From the human T2T-CHM13v2.0 reference genome, Homo sapiens, in the NCBI RefSeq assembly GCF_009914755.1, contig NC_060930.1: a DNA stretch of 64,000 nucleotides; one strand, 5' to 3'. Position 1 is the first letter of the stretch. Each line of letters begins with the position of its first letter. Positions 30,089 to 52,378 of the stretch are shown piece after piece. The notes under the pieces were generated by a model that did not search any database, was not told the DNA's origin, and saw only the letters and a program-made list of their open reading frames with translations. The position numbers were made by a program, and so were the translations under genes.

Positions 30089-30906
30089 AATTGAGCCAAT
30101 AGTTCCTACTTTGCAGGGCTATTATGAGAATCAAATGAGATAATATCCCTAACCCAGGAAACCAATGCTAGTTGAAGGATTATATCTTGTAATCCTCTAT
30201 TCCAGAAAAGTGAAAAAATCGTGAACAATCAAAGCTAAGCTCCCTGTAAGTCTAGTAGCACCTTCTGGGTTACCCTGAATGCTTAATGGTGTGTGTGGGA
30301 GGAAGACGGATAGACTTTATAGGCCTAAGGTAATATTACTCACTATGCCCTTTGATCTTAAAGCACTTAGAAAACACATTAGACTCCCAAGACCACAGGG
30401 CAAAAATCCATCTCTGGAGCGGCTTGTAACAACAGCTCAGTCCAAGCCCTGGCTTCTTAGGTCCCTATTCTGACACAAGGGGATCCCACAGCACCCCCAC
30501 CACCTCACCACCATGCTTGCGGTGCTGTGACACACCATGGTCTGCCCTTGGAGCAAGTCCCAAAGGCCAGCCTCATCCCTTCAGAAGCTTCCAGTATTGA
30601 ACTGAACATAGTCTCTCTGGCTCTCCAAGCCCCTGTCTGGCCCTTTTCTTTCCCACTTGGGCCCACATGGGCTCCTGTGGCTTACTTAGCTGTCCCTTTC
30701 ACTGATGTTTTTTCAGGGAAGGCAAATGCAAACTCATTTTAATCTTAGTCCCATAAAAACAGACTCAGAAGGTAAATTGCTTCCCACCCAGGCAGCTGGC
30801 ATCAAGTGCACTGGCGTGGATGGTGACATATTTCAGTGTGCAAATGCACAGGTGTGGACAGCATCCATCTCCATGGGTGCTGAATTTCCTAACCTGCCTC
30901 TCTTCA

Positions 30907-31935
<1,029 letters not shown>

Positions 31936-32124
31936 TTATAATAAAAAAGTTAAACAAAACAGAAGACAAGAAATCAAAAGAAAAAGTGTTGGGGGCAACT
32001 TAGAATGTGTGTAACCTCTAGACATCACCTCTTTCTTCCATCCCCTAAACTCCCAATCTTAACAGTAGGAACAACAGCTGCTACTTGGCCAGCACTTATT
32101 CTGTATCAGGTACTCTTTCAGCAC

Positions 32125-32453
32125 TTTCTTTTTTTTTTTTTCTTTTTTCTTTTTCTTTTTCTTTTTTTTTTTTTTTGAGATGGTCTCGCTGTGTCGCCCA
32201 GGCTGGAGTGCAGTGGCAAGATCTCGGCTCACTGCAACCTTTGACTCCCGGGTTCCAGCGATTCTCCTGACTCAGCCTCCCAAGTAGCTGGGAGTACAGG
32301 GACCTGCCACCACACCCGGCTAATTTTTGTATTTTTGGTGGAGACGGGGTTTCACTATGTTGGCCAGGCTGGTCTTGAACTCCTGAGCTTGTGATCCGCC
32401 CGCCGTGGCCTCCCAAAGTGCTGGGATTACAGGCATGAGCCACTGTGCCCAGC
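32125..32453 (-). mobile_element. Alu
   Basis: TSD tctttcagcactttct. Confidence 0.9.
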
Positions 32454-33742
32454 CTCTTTCAGCACTTTCTATCACTTAACTCATTTGCTTTTCACAACAG
32501 CCCAATGAGACAGGTGCTGTCATTGCTACCGCCATTTTCCAGATGAGGAAATGGAGGCTCAGAGAGATTCAGTGACATGCCCAAGGTCCCACAGCGAGTT
32601 ATGGATCACTGTCTTTTCGGGCACCTTGCAAACCCAGCTGGTCATCCAGTTCTGCCCATCACTTCCTGAATCCTTCCTTCCTGCTGCCCCTCCACCTCAG
32701 CCCTTCCTCAGTCCTCACCATCCCTCACCCAGATGAACAGACTCCCTTTGATGCCAGATACTTTCCCAGTCTCCGCCTCACTCCACTCTCCAAAGCTGCC
32801 ACGGGGATATTCTTTCCCAAAAGTATCTCAGAGCAGCTTACTTTCTGGCTCAGAATCCTTCCATTGGTCCAGAGGAAGAAATTCAAACACCTTCACATGG
32901 CCTGTGAGAACTTTCATAAGTTGGACCTCTGCAGCTCCTACCATCTTCTCCCCACCTACTCCACAAACCCTGGGCTCCCACTGGTGGTTCTTGTCTTTTT
33001 CCTACCCCACTGTAGCTGGGGGAACCTGACCGACTCATGAACAAGTGTGCTCCCTGCAGCAGGGGTCCTCAGTGGGGCACAAAAACCACCTGTTGGAGGA
33101 ATTGTGCAGAGGTTTCAGAGGTCCCAGGGGCAGATGGGTAGCTTGAAAAGCCCTCTAGATGATCCAGCTACATCTGCCTCTCCCAACCCCCGAAAGTCAC
33201 TGCTCCCACTTGCGATCCATTTCCACACCTCAAGCTTCCGCAGACTTGTTCTTGTTCTTACTCTGCCTAGGATTCTCTTCTTTTCCTGGCAAACTCCTAG
33301 GTATCCTTTAAGCCCCAGATTAAATGCCCTTCCTCTGTGAAGTCCTTCTTGGCAACCCCAGCCAGAGTTAATTCTCCTCCCTGTGTGATCCTCAGCCTCT
33401 GTGTGCATTATTATTGCAGCTGACATTTATTAGGCATCTACTAGGTGCAAGGCACTGTTCTGAGTACTTCACATATAGCAACCCAGTCTTACTGTTAGTT
33501 TTCACAGTAACCCTAAGAGACAAGTTATTATTTTTATTTTATAGATGAGAAAACTGAAGCACAGAGGGCTAAGTACATTGCCCAAGGTCACACAGCTAGT
33601 AAGTGCCAGGGCCAATATTGGGACCTGACAGCCTGCTTCCTTTGCCAGTACAGTGTTTGCTCTCATACTTTCCCTCTAACACAACTCTATGTCTATAGAC
33701 ATAGAGTTGATGATTGTAGTCCCTGCTGCCCAGCCCAGTCTA

Positions 33743-34177
<435 letters not shown>

Positions 34178-35094
34178 AGAATATGGGACAAAGAGGCAGA
34201 AAACCTGTGTTATGGCTCTAGCTCTGCTACCAATTAACTTGGAGCAAAGTAACTTCTCACTCTGGTCTCAGTTTTCTGCCCCTTCTGTAAATACTCTCCA
34301 AGGATCACTTTGACTACAGCGTTCTGTCAGTCCATAAAGTGTCCCTTCTGTGAGTCAGCTCACCTGCGTCGTGTGGGCAGTGACCTGGACACTCAGGGTC
34401 ACCCCTCGATGACAGGGTGTTGGGACAGACAACTGTATTGCCTCGAGGTTGTCCTCTGACTCCAGAGATGCCAAAGGGGCAGCAGGGTAGAGGCAGGAGT
34501 AGCTGGGAGGGAGAGTTCTCAAAGTTCTTTTCCAGGAGCCCCAGACCAGGCAGGCAGGGCTGGGCTTGAGGTCACTGTTGGCCTCAGACACAGGGCTCTG
34601 ACTGCTGCAGTCAGCTGGGGAGCCTGCTGTGTCCCAACCTGACACTGCTCCACCCTTGGCATCAGGAAAATTACAGACTTAGGAGCCCAGGGTGCTGCCA
34701 GCAGGGGTTGCCATGTGCCTCAAACATTCTCAGGGGAGTGGAGTGCATGGCCCTCCGAGTGTGGCAGCCCACATCGAAAGGGGCAGACCAATCTGTGTAC
34801 AGTGAAGCAAAGAACATGCAAAAGAGCATCTGAGCGTGCTCCTGGTGGGCCTGGCTGCAGCACCTCCCTCTTTGGGCCAGCCTGGGCAGCCGGCCACAGC
34901 CACTCCCTGCACTGTGGCTGCCTGGGGCAGAGTCCAGCCCTGGCTCTACCAGCTTGGGAACTCCACGAAACTGGGCCTCAGCACTTCCTCGTCCTCACAC
35001 CCAGACAACACCCAGAAGCTAAGACCATCGGTCACTTCACTTACTTCACAGAGGTGTACAAGCCAGCAACTCAGTTCAGTTGAAGCAGCCCTTT

Positions 35095-37148
<2,054 letters not shown>

Positions 37149-39327
37149 TAGTTTTCTTTTTAATTATTGTGATTGAGTGGAAAAAACATCAACTTAGGAG
37201 TCAGGCAGACCAGATTTGCAATCTTAACTGACTTATCTAAAAGGAGTCAGAGATAGTAGCTGACATATAGATGGTGCTCAAGAAGTGTGTCCCTTTCTTG
37301 CCTTCTGAGGCTCAGCTTTCTCATCTGTAAAATGGGAATAATCCCACCTCCCTTAGGTTTGCTGTGATACCAGAGGCCACTGCACACCTTAAGAGGTCCT
37401 GCAGAGTAGTGCTCAAGAAAGTTTATTTCCCCTGGATTCTAATCAAGGACTTGGGCCACTGCTCCGGGCACAGCCTTCAGGGTGTGTCTCTCTGGTTGCA
37501 TCTGAGGAAATGGGTTCTTCCCCATGGTCAGGGACAGGTCACCAGGAATCCCCTATTGCCCTCTTGACTGCTAACATTTCAGAGTTGAGAAGGAGGAAGA
37601 AAGGGAGGGAAGAAGGCAGGGAAGAAAACACTCGCTATTCAAGGATGAGGCTAGTTTCCCTTTGCAGTTTTGTGGGGGCTGGGGCCCACTGCTCACCTGT
37701 TGCACCCCTGAGAGTTCAGGAGGGCAGGGCTTACCCACTGATGGCCCCAGTCCACCCCACTGGCCTCCTCATGCCTGGGACACACACATCCTCATGCCTG
37801 GGATTCCTCAGAGCTCAGCCAAGTCTCAAGGGTGGGTCACCAGGGGCTGGGCCAGTGGGCAATGCATGGTTGACCCTGGGTAGCAGCCAGCTCGGAGTCT
37901 TAGCTACGCATCGTGGAATGCAAACTTCCTCACCAGACTCCTCCTGGAGCCTGGTCTGGGGCACTGGCCCTGTGGGGCGGGGTGTGGAGTTGCAGAGTGG
38001 GAGGGAGATGACCCTGAACCTGAGTTAGAGGCAGGCATGGTTGGGGGCACCACTGCAGGCTGTGAGAAAAGGAAGCTGGGAGCCCCCACCCCTGCCCTAG
38101 AGCAAGAGCTACACAGAAACCCCTCCAGGCACCCAACATACCCAACTAGATGAAGCCCAGCCAGTTGTTTTCCTGGCTTAGGGGTGCAGTATGGGGGTGC
38201 TGGCCTGGTGGACGTGGTAGAGGATCAAGGATGGAGAAAGGCTGTGTGTATCCTGCAGAGCAGCTGTGAAGTTGGGAGCCAGTGAACAGTTTATAAAGGA
38301 GAAGGATGGTTTCCCCAACACAGCCCCACACTGTGCCACAGCTCAGACCCCTCCTGGGGGCCAGAAAAGAGTGTCCACCCATGAAGCATCTTCCTCTGGA
38401 CCTATCTACCATCTGAGAACCACCCTTAGACCCAGGTTACCACAGCTTCTGCCCTCCACCAGGTATTATGGCGGGCCCAGGTCTGCTCTCTCTCTGGGGC
38501 AAGAAGTCAGTAGGATCAAGGGGACATGCCCTCAGAGGGCGCACCACGTCCCTGGAGACCCTGCCTAAATGGCCCTGAGCCCACTTCAAGGGCTTCTTCT
38601 CTGGCCAGTCTTCCTGAGGGGGCACACATCTGTGAGTCCATGGGGACAAAGAGGCGGCTGTTTATGGGCCAGGATGAAGGATGGAGGTTTATGGGCCTAG
38701 ATGGAGCTTTGGAGGTTCAGGCTGAGGTCCTTACTGAGAGGGAAGGAACCAGGTGGGTAGAGAAGGGGGTGTGGAGCTCCATTTGCACTCTCGTGGCAGG
38801 CCTAACACCCCACACCCCTCAACCCTTTGGCCTAACATCATCCACACAAACCAGCTAAAAGCCAATCATGGCTGCCTTGCCTGGCTCACCCTACAGAGCT
38901 CAGATTCCAGCCCCAAAAGGTGCCTAGGCCTTGAGTTTAGAGAAAAGCTCCTGCAGCAGCGGGGTGGGTGGAAAGGAGAGATGGGGCTGACTCCAGCTGC
39001 CTCTTCAGCAGCAAGGACTAAGGGAGGGGTGCAGGGCAGGCGAGGCCTCCTGCCTGAGCCTAGGGATGCCTCCTCTGGCAGAGCCAGGCCTGTCTGACTC
39101 AGAGGGTGGGGTGACCCAGGCAGCTCTCACCGCCCAGGGCACCCCTGGGGACCTGTTGGGCCAGTTTTCCCATACTTGCCACACTGGCATTTAATTTTTA
39201 ATTCCTCATATGCATCACCCTGGCGATGGCTTGATTCAGACTGGGGAGGGCAAGAGAGAACCCCAGAAAACACAACCTTACTGCCACCCACTGTTCTATG
39301 GACCCAGCTCTCAGACGCAGAGGGACA

Positions 39328-39882
<555 letters not shown>

Positions 39883-42269
39883 TCACCCCTCACTCAGCCA
39901 GGCCTCCAATGTTGTACCCGGGACCAGCCTGGGGAGAAGGCCTGGCTCCTATCCCTGCTTCTATCGAGCCCAGTGGCCTGGACAGGGCCCTCCCCTCCCC
40001 AGGCCGCAGTATTCTCATCTTGACAACTGCTGTAGTCCTACCCCCTCTGAAGTTTGGTGGCTCAAATCCAGCTCCTCACGGCTCCCCAAGCTGGAAGGTG
40101 GGGTTGCACCAGTAGCTGGAAAACCTCCCTTTCCAGAGGCGGAAGCAGAGCTCAAGGAGGGGTCCATGTGTCATTAGGGCCTGGCTTCTCCGGTGGCCCT
40201 CCAGGGAGCTGACCACACCATCTACCCTTCCGTTAGGAAGTCATTTTAACACAGAAAGTCGTGGCTGGGGAGACCCTTGAGGACTATGCAGTGTGACCCC
40301 CACTGTTGGGTGAGGAGCCAGAGGCCCAGGGAGAGGAAGGGACTGGCCTGCAGCCACCCCGCATCCCAGCAGCAGAGCTGGGACTGGTGTCAGCTGCTGG
40401 AGTATTAGCCCCTGGTCCCATCCCAGCCACTGAGGGATCCCGAGGTCCTTTTCCTAGCTGGCCTTTGGCTGCTGGATGCCTGATAAACACTTCGTAATTC
40501 CCAGCACCCACAGCACACAGAACAAGGGAACTCTGGGGAAGGGGGCAGAAGCGCCTGTTGCTGCCTTGTCTCCTTCTCTCTAGCTCTGTCCCCTGGCAGG
40601 CTCCTGTAGGGCACTGACAGGGAGGGTAGGCTCAGAAGATGGCCCAGGCCTGGAGAGAGCTCACAGGCCCTCGAGGGGCCTGTCACCTGACTTCTTGGGC
40701 ACTGCTACCTCGTACCTCCCCTACCCACTGGGCAGCCTGGCCTGGGAGGTGCCTCTGAATGTGGGAAGGGAGGACAGGGAGGGGTGGAGGCCTGGCCGGC
40801 TGGGACAGTGTCAGGCAGGGCTAGGCACCGGCCCAGCTCCCCACCCACCCTGACTTGGTGGGGCTGGGGGATGGGGTGTGTGCGTGTGCATGTGTGTGTG
40901 AGCCCACACCCACACAGAGCTTGTCCTCCCTCTTCTCCCCATCCTTCTGGCCTTCTGTCCCTGCTGAAAGAAAGCAAAGGACCTGGCTAGGGCCTACAGG
41001 AGAGGAGTCAGAAGCTCAGACAGGAGAGAATTAAGCCGCCAGCCGGATTCCCCTCCACCCGGGAGCAAGCGACGAACGACATGGAAGCTGCCCTATCTTG
41101 TGACCTGAGTGAGGAGCACAGAAGAGTCCCTGTGATGTGGGCCACTGGGCCAAGGGTTCCTAATCTAAAGGCATATCATGGGTGGGCTTCAGTCCCCTGC
41201 TGAAATTGTAAGCAAAACTAGATGTATGTGGCTCACAGCCTCATCATGGCGTCAAAAGCATCTATGAGCCAAAAGTGGCAAGAGGCCTGGTGCCCAGCAG
41301 GCCCAGGCTGCTGGACAGGGATTCAGAGAGGCAGGCAAGGGAGGTGGGAGTGGTTTTGCCGCCTGGTCCTGGAAGGAGAAGGAAAAAGCTTCTATGTAGC
41401 AGGTGGAGGGAGAGTAGAACGGTCTGAATAGAACTTGGACCCTGGAGCCTGGCTTCAGGGATTCCAGTCGCGCTCTGCCACTTAGCCGCAATACCTTAAG
41501 CAAGTTACGCCACCCTGTGCCTCAGTTTCCCTGCCTGTAACATGGGGATTAATGACAGCACCTTGCTCGGAGGGTGGCTTTGTTAACACACATGGTCCAC
41601 GTGGAATGGTGCCTGGCACACAGTGAGTGCTCAGCATACGGTGGCCACGATCACAGGCCGTGCCACTGGATGGGGTTGGCAAGTGGCTCCATCTGCCTTT
41701 CCCCGGTTAGCCAGCACCGAGGGAACGAGTGAACTTCCCCTTCCTGGTTCAGTTCCTGCCTCTGTAAAATGAGGCCCCTTTCAGCCGTCGGTTCACCATG
41801 TGTCCATTCTTTCACCCTCACCAGTGAGGGGGTGTGAGTTTTTAGGGAGAAGCCCCCATTTCCTGGGACTGGTTCTGAGGCTTGCCCAAAAGAACTGCTC
41901 CCAGGAAGTATTTCCCCAGGACAGCCTGGAACTCAGGCCTGACCAGCCAGCCCAGCCCACTCCAGGGGCCCCAGAGCCTTTGGCCAGGTCTGCCTGGGGT
42001 CTATGCAGCCCCTGAGTCATGTTCTGCCCAGACCAGATCCAAACCAGAGCCAGAGAGGGCTGGAAGGTGAGGATTTGCTCTGGTCTTTGAGGGGCCCATA
42101 GCAGATAGCTGGGGGGAGATAAGGATGCCCACCAATCAGAACGAACTCAGCTGGGCCCACATTAACTCTTTAGTTGCTGCTTTTGGGGGTGGTCCAGATC
42201 TAGGCGAGGGGCAGGACAGCAGGAGCCACTCCAGGGGCAACATCCGTTTCTACTGTGTAGAGAAGTATT

Positions 42270-43437
<1,168 letters not shown>

Positions 43438-43949
43438 CTGACTTATTTGATTTATACCTTGTTGGTGGTGGTGTTGCACTTTCTATATTTATCTATAATA
43501 TCCACGAACTGCTTTTATAAGCAGAAAATTAATTATTTAAAGTTGTATTCCCAGAGAGCTGTGTGCTCAGCTCTCCACAGAGAGGACTTAGAGATGCACC
43601 AAGGAGAATGTAAGACTGCCTCTGTCCCATCTAGAATCTTAGGTCTGATTGTTGAAGTTGGACATAGCAGAAAAAAACCGGTGATGGGGAGAGGAAGGTG
43701 GTTGTGCCAGGCAGGCAGTGCTAGGCAGCAGGTATGGGGACCCAGGACCAATGTGTGGGGTGCCATGAAGTCTAACAGGCCCCTGAGAGCTCAGACCAGG
43801 GCAAGGGGCCTTTCAGTCCAGGCAATACTAAACCCTCATGGAGGCAAGAGGATGCCGTGACCCCAGTGACAGCATTGTGCCACCCATGACCCAGCTCCGA
43901 CAGACAGGAGTGAGCCTTAAATCTAGGAGCCTGGCTGTTTAGGCCTGGG

Positions 43950-44470
<521 letters not shown>

Positions 44471-44875
44471 TTGTCTCCTGCAGTGGGCAGGGAGCTCCTT
44501 GAGAACAGCAAGGCTGGCCCAGTCATCTCTGTATCCAGCACCTAATGCAGGGCCTGGCACAAAGCAGACAGTCATCTGTGACTGTGGAAAATGAACCCTG
44601 CTTGGCTGAGGGTACCCACTGCTGTATCACTCCTGCACACAAGTTCTCCATAACTTCTCCTTGGGCTTGGCCCTGAACGAGCTGGCATTCCTAATCCTAG
44701 ACTTCCTACCATGAGCCTCGACCATGCCTCCTTCCAGTAGCCCCCCTTCCCGCCGGGTCAGCATCAGGAAGGAAGGGGTGGACAGAGGGTGCAGCTGATG
44801 TCCACTCGGGCTAGGGCAGCCTTGGTGTCCCCAGCCAGAGCAGACTCTCCAACCTCAGAGCAGAACCGTACTCAC

Positions 44876-44982
44876 CAGCGGAAGGAAGGTCAGCAGGGGC
44901 CGGACTCTTGGCCGAGCTTTCAGCGTGGCTGTTCCTGACTCGCTCACTGTGTTAAACCGATTGTCTCCATAATAGATGCCAT
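44876..44982 (-). CDS. C6orf132: C6orf132 coding exon 2 (DGIYYGDNRFNTVSESGTATLKARPRVRPLLTFLPL, 107 nt)
   Basis: Acceptor ttctctag|AT and donor CTG|gtgagt; phase 1 in, phase 0 out; not in the ORF track, found by reading. Confidence 0.9.
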
Positions 44983-46954
44983 CTAGAGAACACAAGTGAG
45001 GGGACACCATAAGCTGGAGATCCAAGGCATCCGGCCACCCAAGTTTAATCTGCCCTTCAGCTCCCAGTGAGGAAAGCCAGGGCCTGCGTGTCTCCCAGTG
45101 TTGGATTCAGCTAAGCGCCTCTAACATAATCAGATCTTATGGATGAGATGTGCACTAATGGGGCCAGCTGAGGTGGCGCTGGGTGAGGGACTCGGTGTTC
45201 GTGGGGCTTTCAGCCCTCTGCAGCCATCTCTCTCCCAATCCATAACCACCACGCTGTACCGTCCTGAGCCTTCTCTCCCACAGCAATGGTCCCTCGTTTT
45301 TGGAGCCCAGGAAGCCCGGCTAAGGGCCCAGCTGAAGCTTATCTCAGAGAGGGAGGAAAACAAGCTGGCTTTTCCCTCGAGTGTTTGAATTTCTAATCTG
45401 AAACATGCAGAGCAGATGAGGCCACCTGCTGTCCGCAGTGGCCAATATCCCATCATCTGGACTCCCTAACTCAAGATTTCCCTGACCACCAAACCACAGA
45501 TGGTTATGTACATGGCTTGCTTTAATGCACCCTTGAGGGCAGAGCAGAAAAAACGGGACAGTAGGGTCAGTGTGACCTGGTTAAAAAATCCCAGCTCTGC
45601 CACTGACTGCCCATGTGGCTTAACCTCTCTGGGCCTCAGTTTTTCCCATCCGTACAGTGGGAGTGATGATAGTGCCGTATAGCACTGTTGTGAGGAGTGA
45701 GTGTGGCCAGGGCATAGTAAGTGCTCAGCAAACATGGTTGCTTCCCCTGTAGGAAGATGATATGAAGGACCTTCCTCTTCCTCCAGTTACTGAGTCTGTG
45801 CTCCATGCTGCTCTATGGCAGTGGGAGGATGTGAGGGGCCACTCACATCACATCACATCCCTTTCTCAACTCCCTCATGACCCTTGATACACACTGACAA
45901 GAAATTCACACTCCCTTGGCAGGGATCGCTGTGGCCCTCCTGCTATGTGGCTCATGAGCAAAGAGGGCTTTCTTCCATTTAACGAAGTGTGGAGGACTTT
46001 CCTCGATAGCCAAAGAGGAGAGAAGAAAGGTTAGAATCCCAGTTAGCCAGAAGTCTGCTAACTGGGACATTGAGCTAATCATGATTACTTTTCTCCTTGT
46101 ACATGACTTTAGGAGAAAATTGCAAGAAAGCCAAATGATTTATTCAAGAGACTGGGCTTGTCAGGAAGATCCTGGGATCAGACTACATCCATCCCAAATC
46201 CCCACACCGATAGCCGCAGCACCCCATGCGAGCATCTGGGCTTTGGATGTGACAGGGAGGCTCCTGGGAGCGCCCCAGCAGCTGGAGGTGGTGTCCTCCG
46301 TGTGCTGCCCTCCCAAGGCAGGAAGCTGGCTGGGACACTCAAGCTTCTCCACATCTCAAAAGGGGCCCGAACGTCGGGTTCTCCGTGTGCTCCGCACGTC
46401 CCTGGAAACTCCAGTTCCCAGCACTGCCCTGCCCCATGCACTCTGGGCAAATATGATTTTCCAGTCCCAGTTGCCAGTCTCCATGCCTGAGGCTGCAGAC
46501 CAAGATCAGACAGGGCATGCGGGAGGGGAGCTGTAAGATCTGACTCAATGGGAAACAACAGAAGTAGCTCACACCCAACAGCCACCACGAAAGCCCCCAA
46601 TTCCCTCACTTCCGAGAGTCTGCGTGTTGACACTAGGATCTCCTGGGGCATTTTCTAGAGAGTGCTGTGTGGATGCCAAGGCCCTAGACCTGACGTGATG
46701 TGGCTACCTGGACCCTTAACAGGACTGGGGTGGGGCGGGGATTGCCACAGGGACTGCACGACAGCCACGCTCCTAGGCAAGGCCCTAATCATTTCATCTC
46801 TGCACCGATGTTGGGATCTAGGGAGCCTCCTTCCTACAGTTGTTATTGTCATATTAATGGCTACTCTTATTGGGTGCCTAGGAGCTTTAGAAGTGTTATA
46901 CCTGAGCAACTTGGCAAGCATGATAACTGTAATAGTAATAATAATAAAAGGTAA

Positions 46955-47522
<568 letters not shown>

Positions 47523-48139
47523 CTACTGAGCACCTTTAATGCTCTGGGCACTGTTCTGAGCATCTTACACATTATTAATTCATTTAATTCTCAAAACAGC
47601 CCCATGCAAATTGGTAGTCATTATCCCTGTTTTACAGATGAGGAAACTGAGGCACAAGGAGGTCAAATAACTTGCCCAAAGACTCACAGTAAGTGTTGAA
47701 GCCAGGGTCTCCCTAAAGGGCCTGACTTCTAAACTACCATACATACACCCCTAAAGGGAAGAGCCATAATCCCACCATGTACGGGGGTGAGGAAGGCTCG
47801 GCTCGGCTCTGGCCAAGGAGCAGCTCTGGGAAGCAACGGGAGGTGAGGCAGCTTGTTCGAAGCCTGCTGGTCAGGATGGAGTCGGATCTGAACTGTGGCC
47901 GTCTGACCCCCAAGCAGGCGCTCTAACTGCCTCACAGATCCCATGACTCAGCCCTGACTCTGAGCCATTGTTGTTTTGCTTGCTTTGTGGTTGTTTTAAG
48001 CAGTGAAATCCTTTCTAAGAACATAATTGTTCTCTGTAAAACATATAGAAGGGTAGTGGCTGTAGTTGAGGCCGGGTTGGAAGGCCCAGGTGGCTCCTCT
48101 CGCTACCAGGCACCTCTGGAAAATCGGATTTGATTTCCC

Positions 48140-48420
48140 AGTCTGAAGAGGAGTGGGTAGGGGTCAGAGAGGGAAACGTGATACGGGAGCAGAGGTGGGG
48201 TGATGCGCTGTGAGAGGGGCTCAGCTGCCATGGCTGGCTTTGAAGATGGAAGGAGGCTACTGGCCAAGGACTGTGGGCTGCCTCTAGCAGCCAGAACAGG
48301 CAAGGAAACAGACTCTCCTGGAGCCTCCAGAGGAACAAAGTCTTGCCAACACCTTAATTGAGCCCACAGAGACCTGTGTCAGAGTTCTGACACGCAGAAT
48401 TGTAAGATAGTAAATTTGTT
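48140..48420 (+). mobile_element. MLT1 (MaLR LTR) fragment
   Basis: ggctttgaagatggaagga...aggcaaggaaacagactctcc...agcctccagagga...gaattgtaagata. Confidence 0.7.
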
Positions 48421-48437
48421 ATCAAAATAAAAAAAGG

Positions 48438-49135
<698 letters not shown>

Positions 49136-50020
49136 TCAGACCTGGCCTAGCTCCTGCTGGGTGGAGGCACAGCATGAGGTGAGGCGCGTGTGTCTATCTC
49201 CATCAGCTAGATCCTCAAAGCATTCAAGGTCAGAACTGGGGTCTTCCCAGCCTCAAGGTCAAGGCCCAAAACTAAACAAAGACAACAGAGCTCAACCTTG
49301 GGGAATTTCCTATTGGAAGTGATGAACTTTGCTCAGATCACAGGTCAGGGATGCTGAGGCCTTCCTGAGAAGCAGCTCCCTCCTCAGTCGAGGAGCTAAA
49401 GGAGGGCTAGGAACATCCTGGTTTCCCTTGAGGAAGGAGGGGCGAGGAGGAGGTGAAGGGGGTGCCTGGAGAGGAGGCTGGATGATTTGCTCTCGGAACA
49501 AGACTGCAGTGAGAAAGAGGGGCACAGCCCCGTGTCTCATCCACTCTGAAACTTGCAAACTCCCTTGGTGTCTGGCTTTTTCTGGAAAAGTCCTTCGGGA
49601 TCTCAGAGGTTTTATGCTTGCCACATGCATGGACCACAGAGGCAGCATTGGAACATCCAGGTGGGATTCAGAAAGCTGGAAAAGGAAGGGAGATGCCCCT
49701 GGACCCAGGAGCTTCCAGAGAAAGAGAGTCCTGGGGCAATTCCAGCAGCCAGGAAGCCTTGTGAGACCCCAGCAGCAGGTTCTGAGCAAGGCCTGAGCCC
49801 CAGATGGACCACAGTCCTGTCAAGATACAAACTTCTGACAAACTCACATGCAAATAATGCAGTGATAAAATAGGGGTAAATCCAGGTCTGCCTCCATTGA
49901 CCCAAACCTGATCTTTAAATGAACCAAATTTCCCCCCAAATGGAATCCTATTTATGACAAGATTATGCATAGGATTACTTTAGAGTTTCTCCCTAACAAT
50001 TTCTCCCTCATAGAAGGAGA

Positions 50021-50061
50021 CAGGGGCGGGGGCGGGGCGGGGCGGGGCGGGGGAGGTGGAT
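50021..50061 (+). repeat. (GGGGC)n array, G-quadruplex/GC-box
   Basis: caggggcgggggcggggcggggcggggcgggggaggtggat. Confidence 0.9.
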
Positions 50062-50621
50062 TTACACTCCCTCAAGGATTTGAGTTGACATAAATATTAA
50101 TACCATCTAACATCCAAAAACCTGTTCCAAAAACAATTCCTGGTGCCAAGCAGGAGACTTCACCCCAGATTTCAACCTGGGTACAGGCAGCTCCCCTCCT
50201 GCCCCTTCTCCCTCAGGAGAACCTGGCTCTGCCATGGGCCAGAGGGCAGCAGAGTTGTGGCTGAGGCTGCCTGGGCTGTGAGGAGACCATGGCTGAGGTT
50301 CTGCCCTGGCCGGAAACACCCAGTAGTCGAACAGCTCCTGGCTGGGACGGGAGGCAGGACCTTATGGGGTCAAGGCTATGGGTTTAGAGCCCAGCTGAAC
50401 TTGGGTTCCAGTTCCGGCTCCAACACTTAACTGTGGGATCCTGGGAGCCTCACTGGTCTCTCTGAGGCTGTCTCTTTATCTTTGTACATGTGAACAGTGG
50501 TCCCTGCTGGGCAGGCTGATGTGAGGTTGAGTGAGAGAAAGTGTGCAAAAGTCATCAGCACAGTGCCTAGCAGATATTTATGCTCAATAATTGGGAGGGT
50601 TGGCTGGGAGTGGTGGCTCAC

Positions 50622-51236
<615 letters not shown>

Positions 51237-52227
51237 TTATTGTTGTGATCGTCATTTTCTCTCTGCTCCACCTTACTTCCTTCCACCAAGAGTTTGGGCT
51301 GTGAGCTTGAGCTGGGCTGTGTCACTTGCAAATCATGGTGACACCTGTCCCCACTGGGGAGAGCCACCGGGAGGCAGGCGGCCCTTTGGGCCCTTTGCTT
51401 TCTTGTTCGGGTTCACTCTGAGTCCTGATGCCTGGGGCTGAATAGCCCTCTTTGCAGCAACCCAGAGTGGGAGAGGCTGGATCAAGGTTGCCTAGCAGGG
51501 GTCAAACATGGCCCCTGACTTGCACTGCCTTACGCATGGCAGGGCACGTGGCTCCCTGCCTCTCCCCAACAGGCAGACCTGGCTCTCTCAGCCTGGGCTG
51601 GGGTACGTGTTAAATGTGGCGGGTGGGCCAGCTCCGGGCGAGCTGAGAGCTAGGTACATGCTGCCACAGGACGCCCAGCCCTTCTTTTCTCCCTTGCTCC
51701 CCGAGCGGAGGAGCCTCACTGAGTCTTCTGCATTTCTTTGCTCACAGAGTTCAGGGTTGGAAGGAATGTTCTTCCTCCCTCAGCCCCAAAGCTGCTCATG
51801 GATCTCCATGGAAGCTGAGGTCAGAAAGATTCTGGGACAGTTATTTAGTTCTTTCCCCACATTCTAGCTAGGTCCAAACTAGAGAGAAAATTAATTTGAT
51901 TAATTAAATACTTAAATGTCTAACATCTATTAAGCCTGTGTTATGAGCAAGGCACTATTCTAAGCCCTCACCACCCCATGGGGGAAGTACCCTTATTATT
52001 CCCAATTTGCAGTTGAGGAAACTGAGGCTCAGAGAGGTTAAGTCCCTTGCCCAAGTTCCCACAGCTGGTGAGTCAAAGGGGCCGGGATTCCAGGCCAGGC
52101 AACATGACTCTAGACTCTGATTCCCTCATGTCATAGCCAGCATGGCAGGGAAGGAATGTAGGGATTCAGCGTCTCTCCCCTCCATCTCTTGTTTTTCCTG
52201 AATGAGACTTGAAAGTTGGTAAGGCCT

Positions 52228-52378
52228 AATGGGTGCAGCACACCAGCATGGCACATGTATACATATGTAACTAACCTGCACATTGTGCACATGTACCCTA
52301 AAACTTAAAGTATAATAATAATAAAAATAATAAAAAAAAAATAAAAACTTACCTGTAAGCCATCCAAAAAAAAAAAAA
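52228..52378 (+). mobile_element. Severely 5'-truncated young L1 (L1PA2/3-like 3' end) with a 3' transduced tag
   Basis: gggtgcagcacaccagcatggcacatg...actaacctgcacattgtgcacatgtaccctaaaacttaaagtataat; 17-bp TSD gaaagttggtaaggcct at 52211-52227 and 52379-52395. Confidence 0.9.
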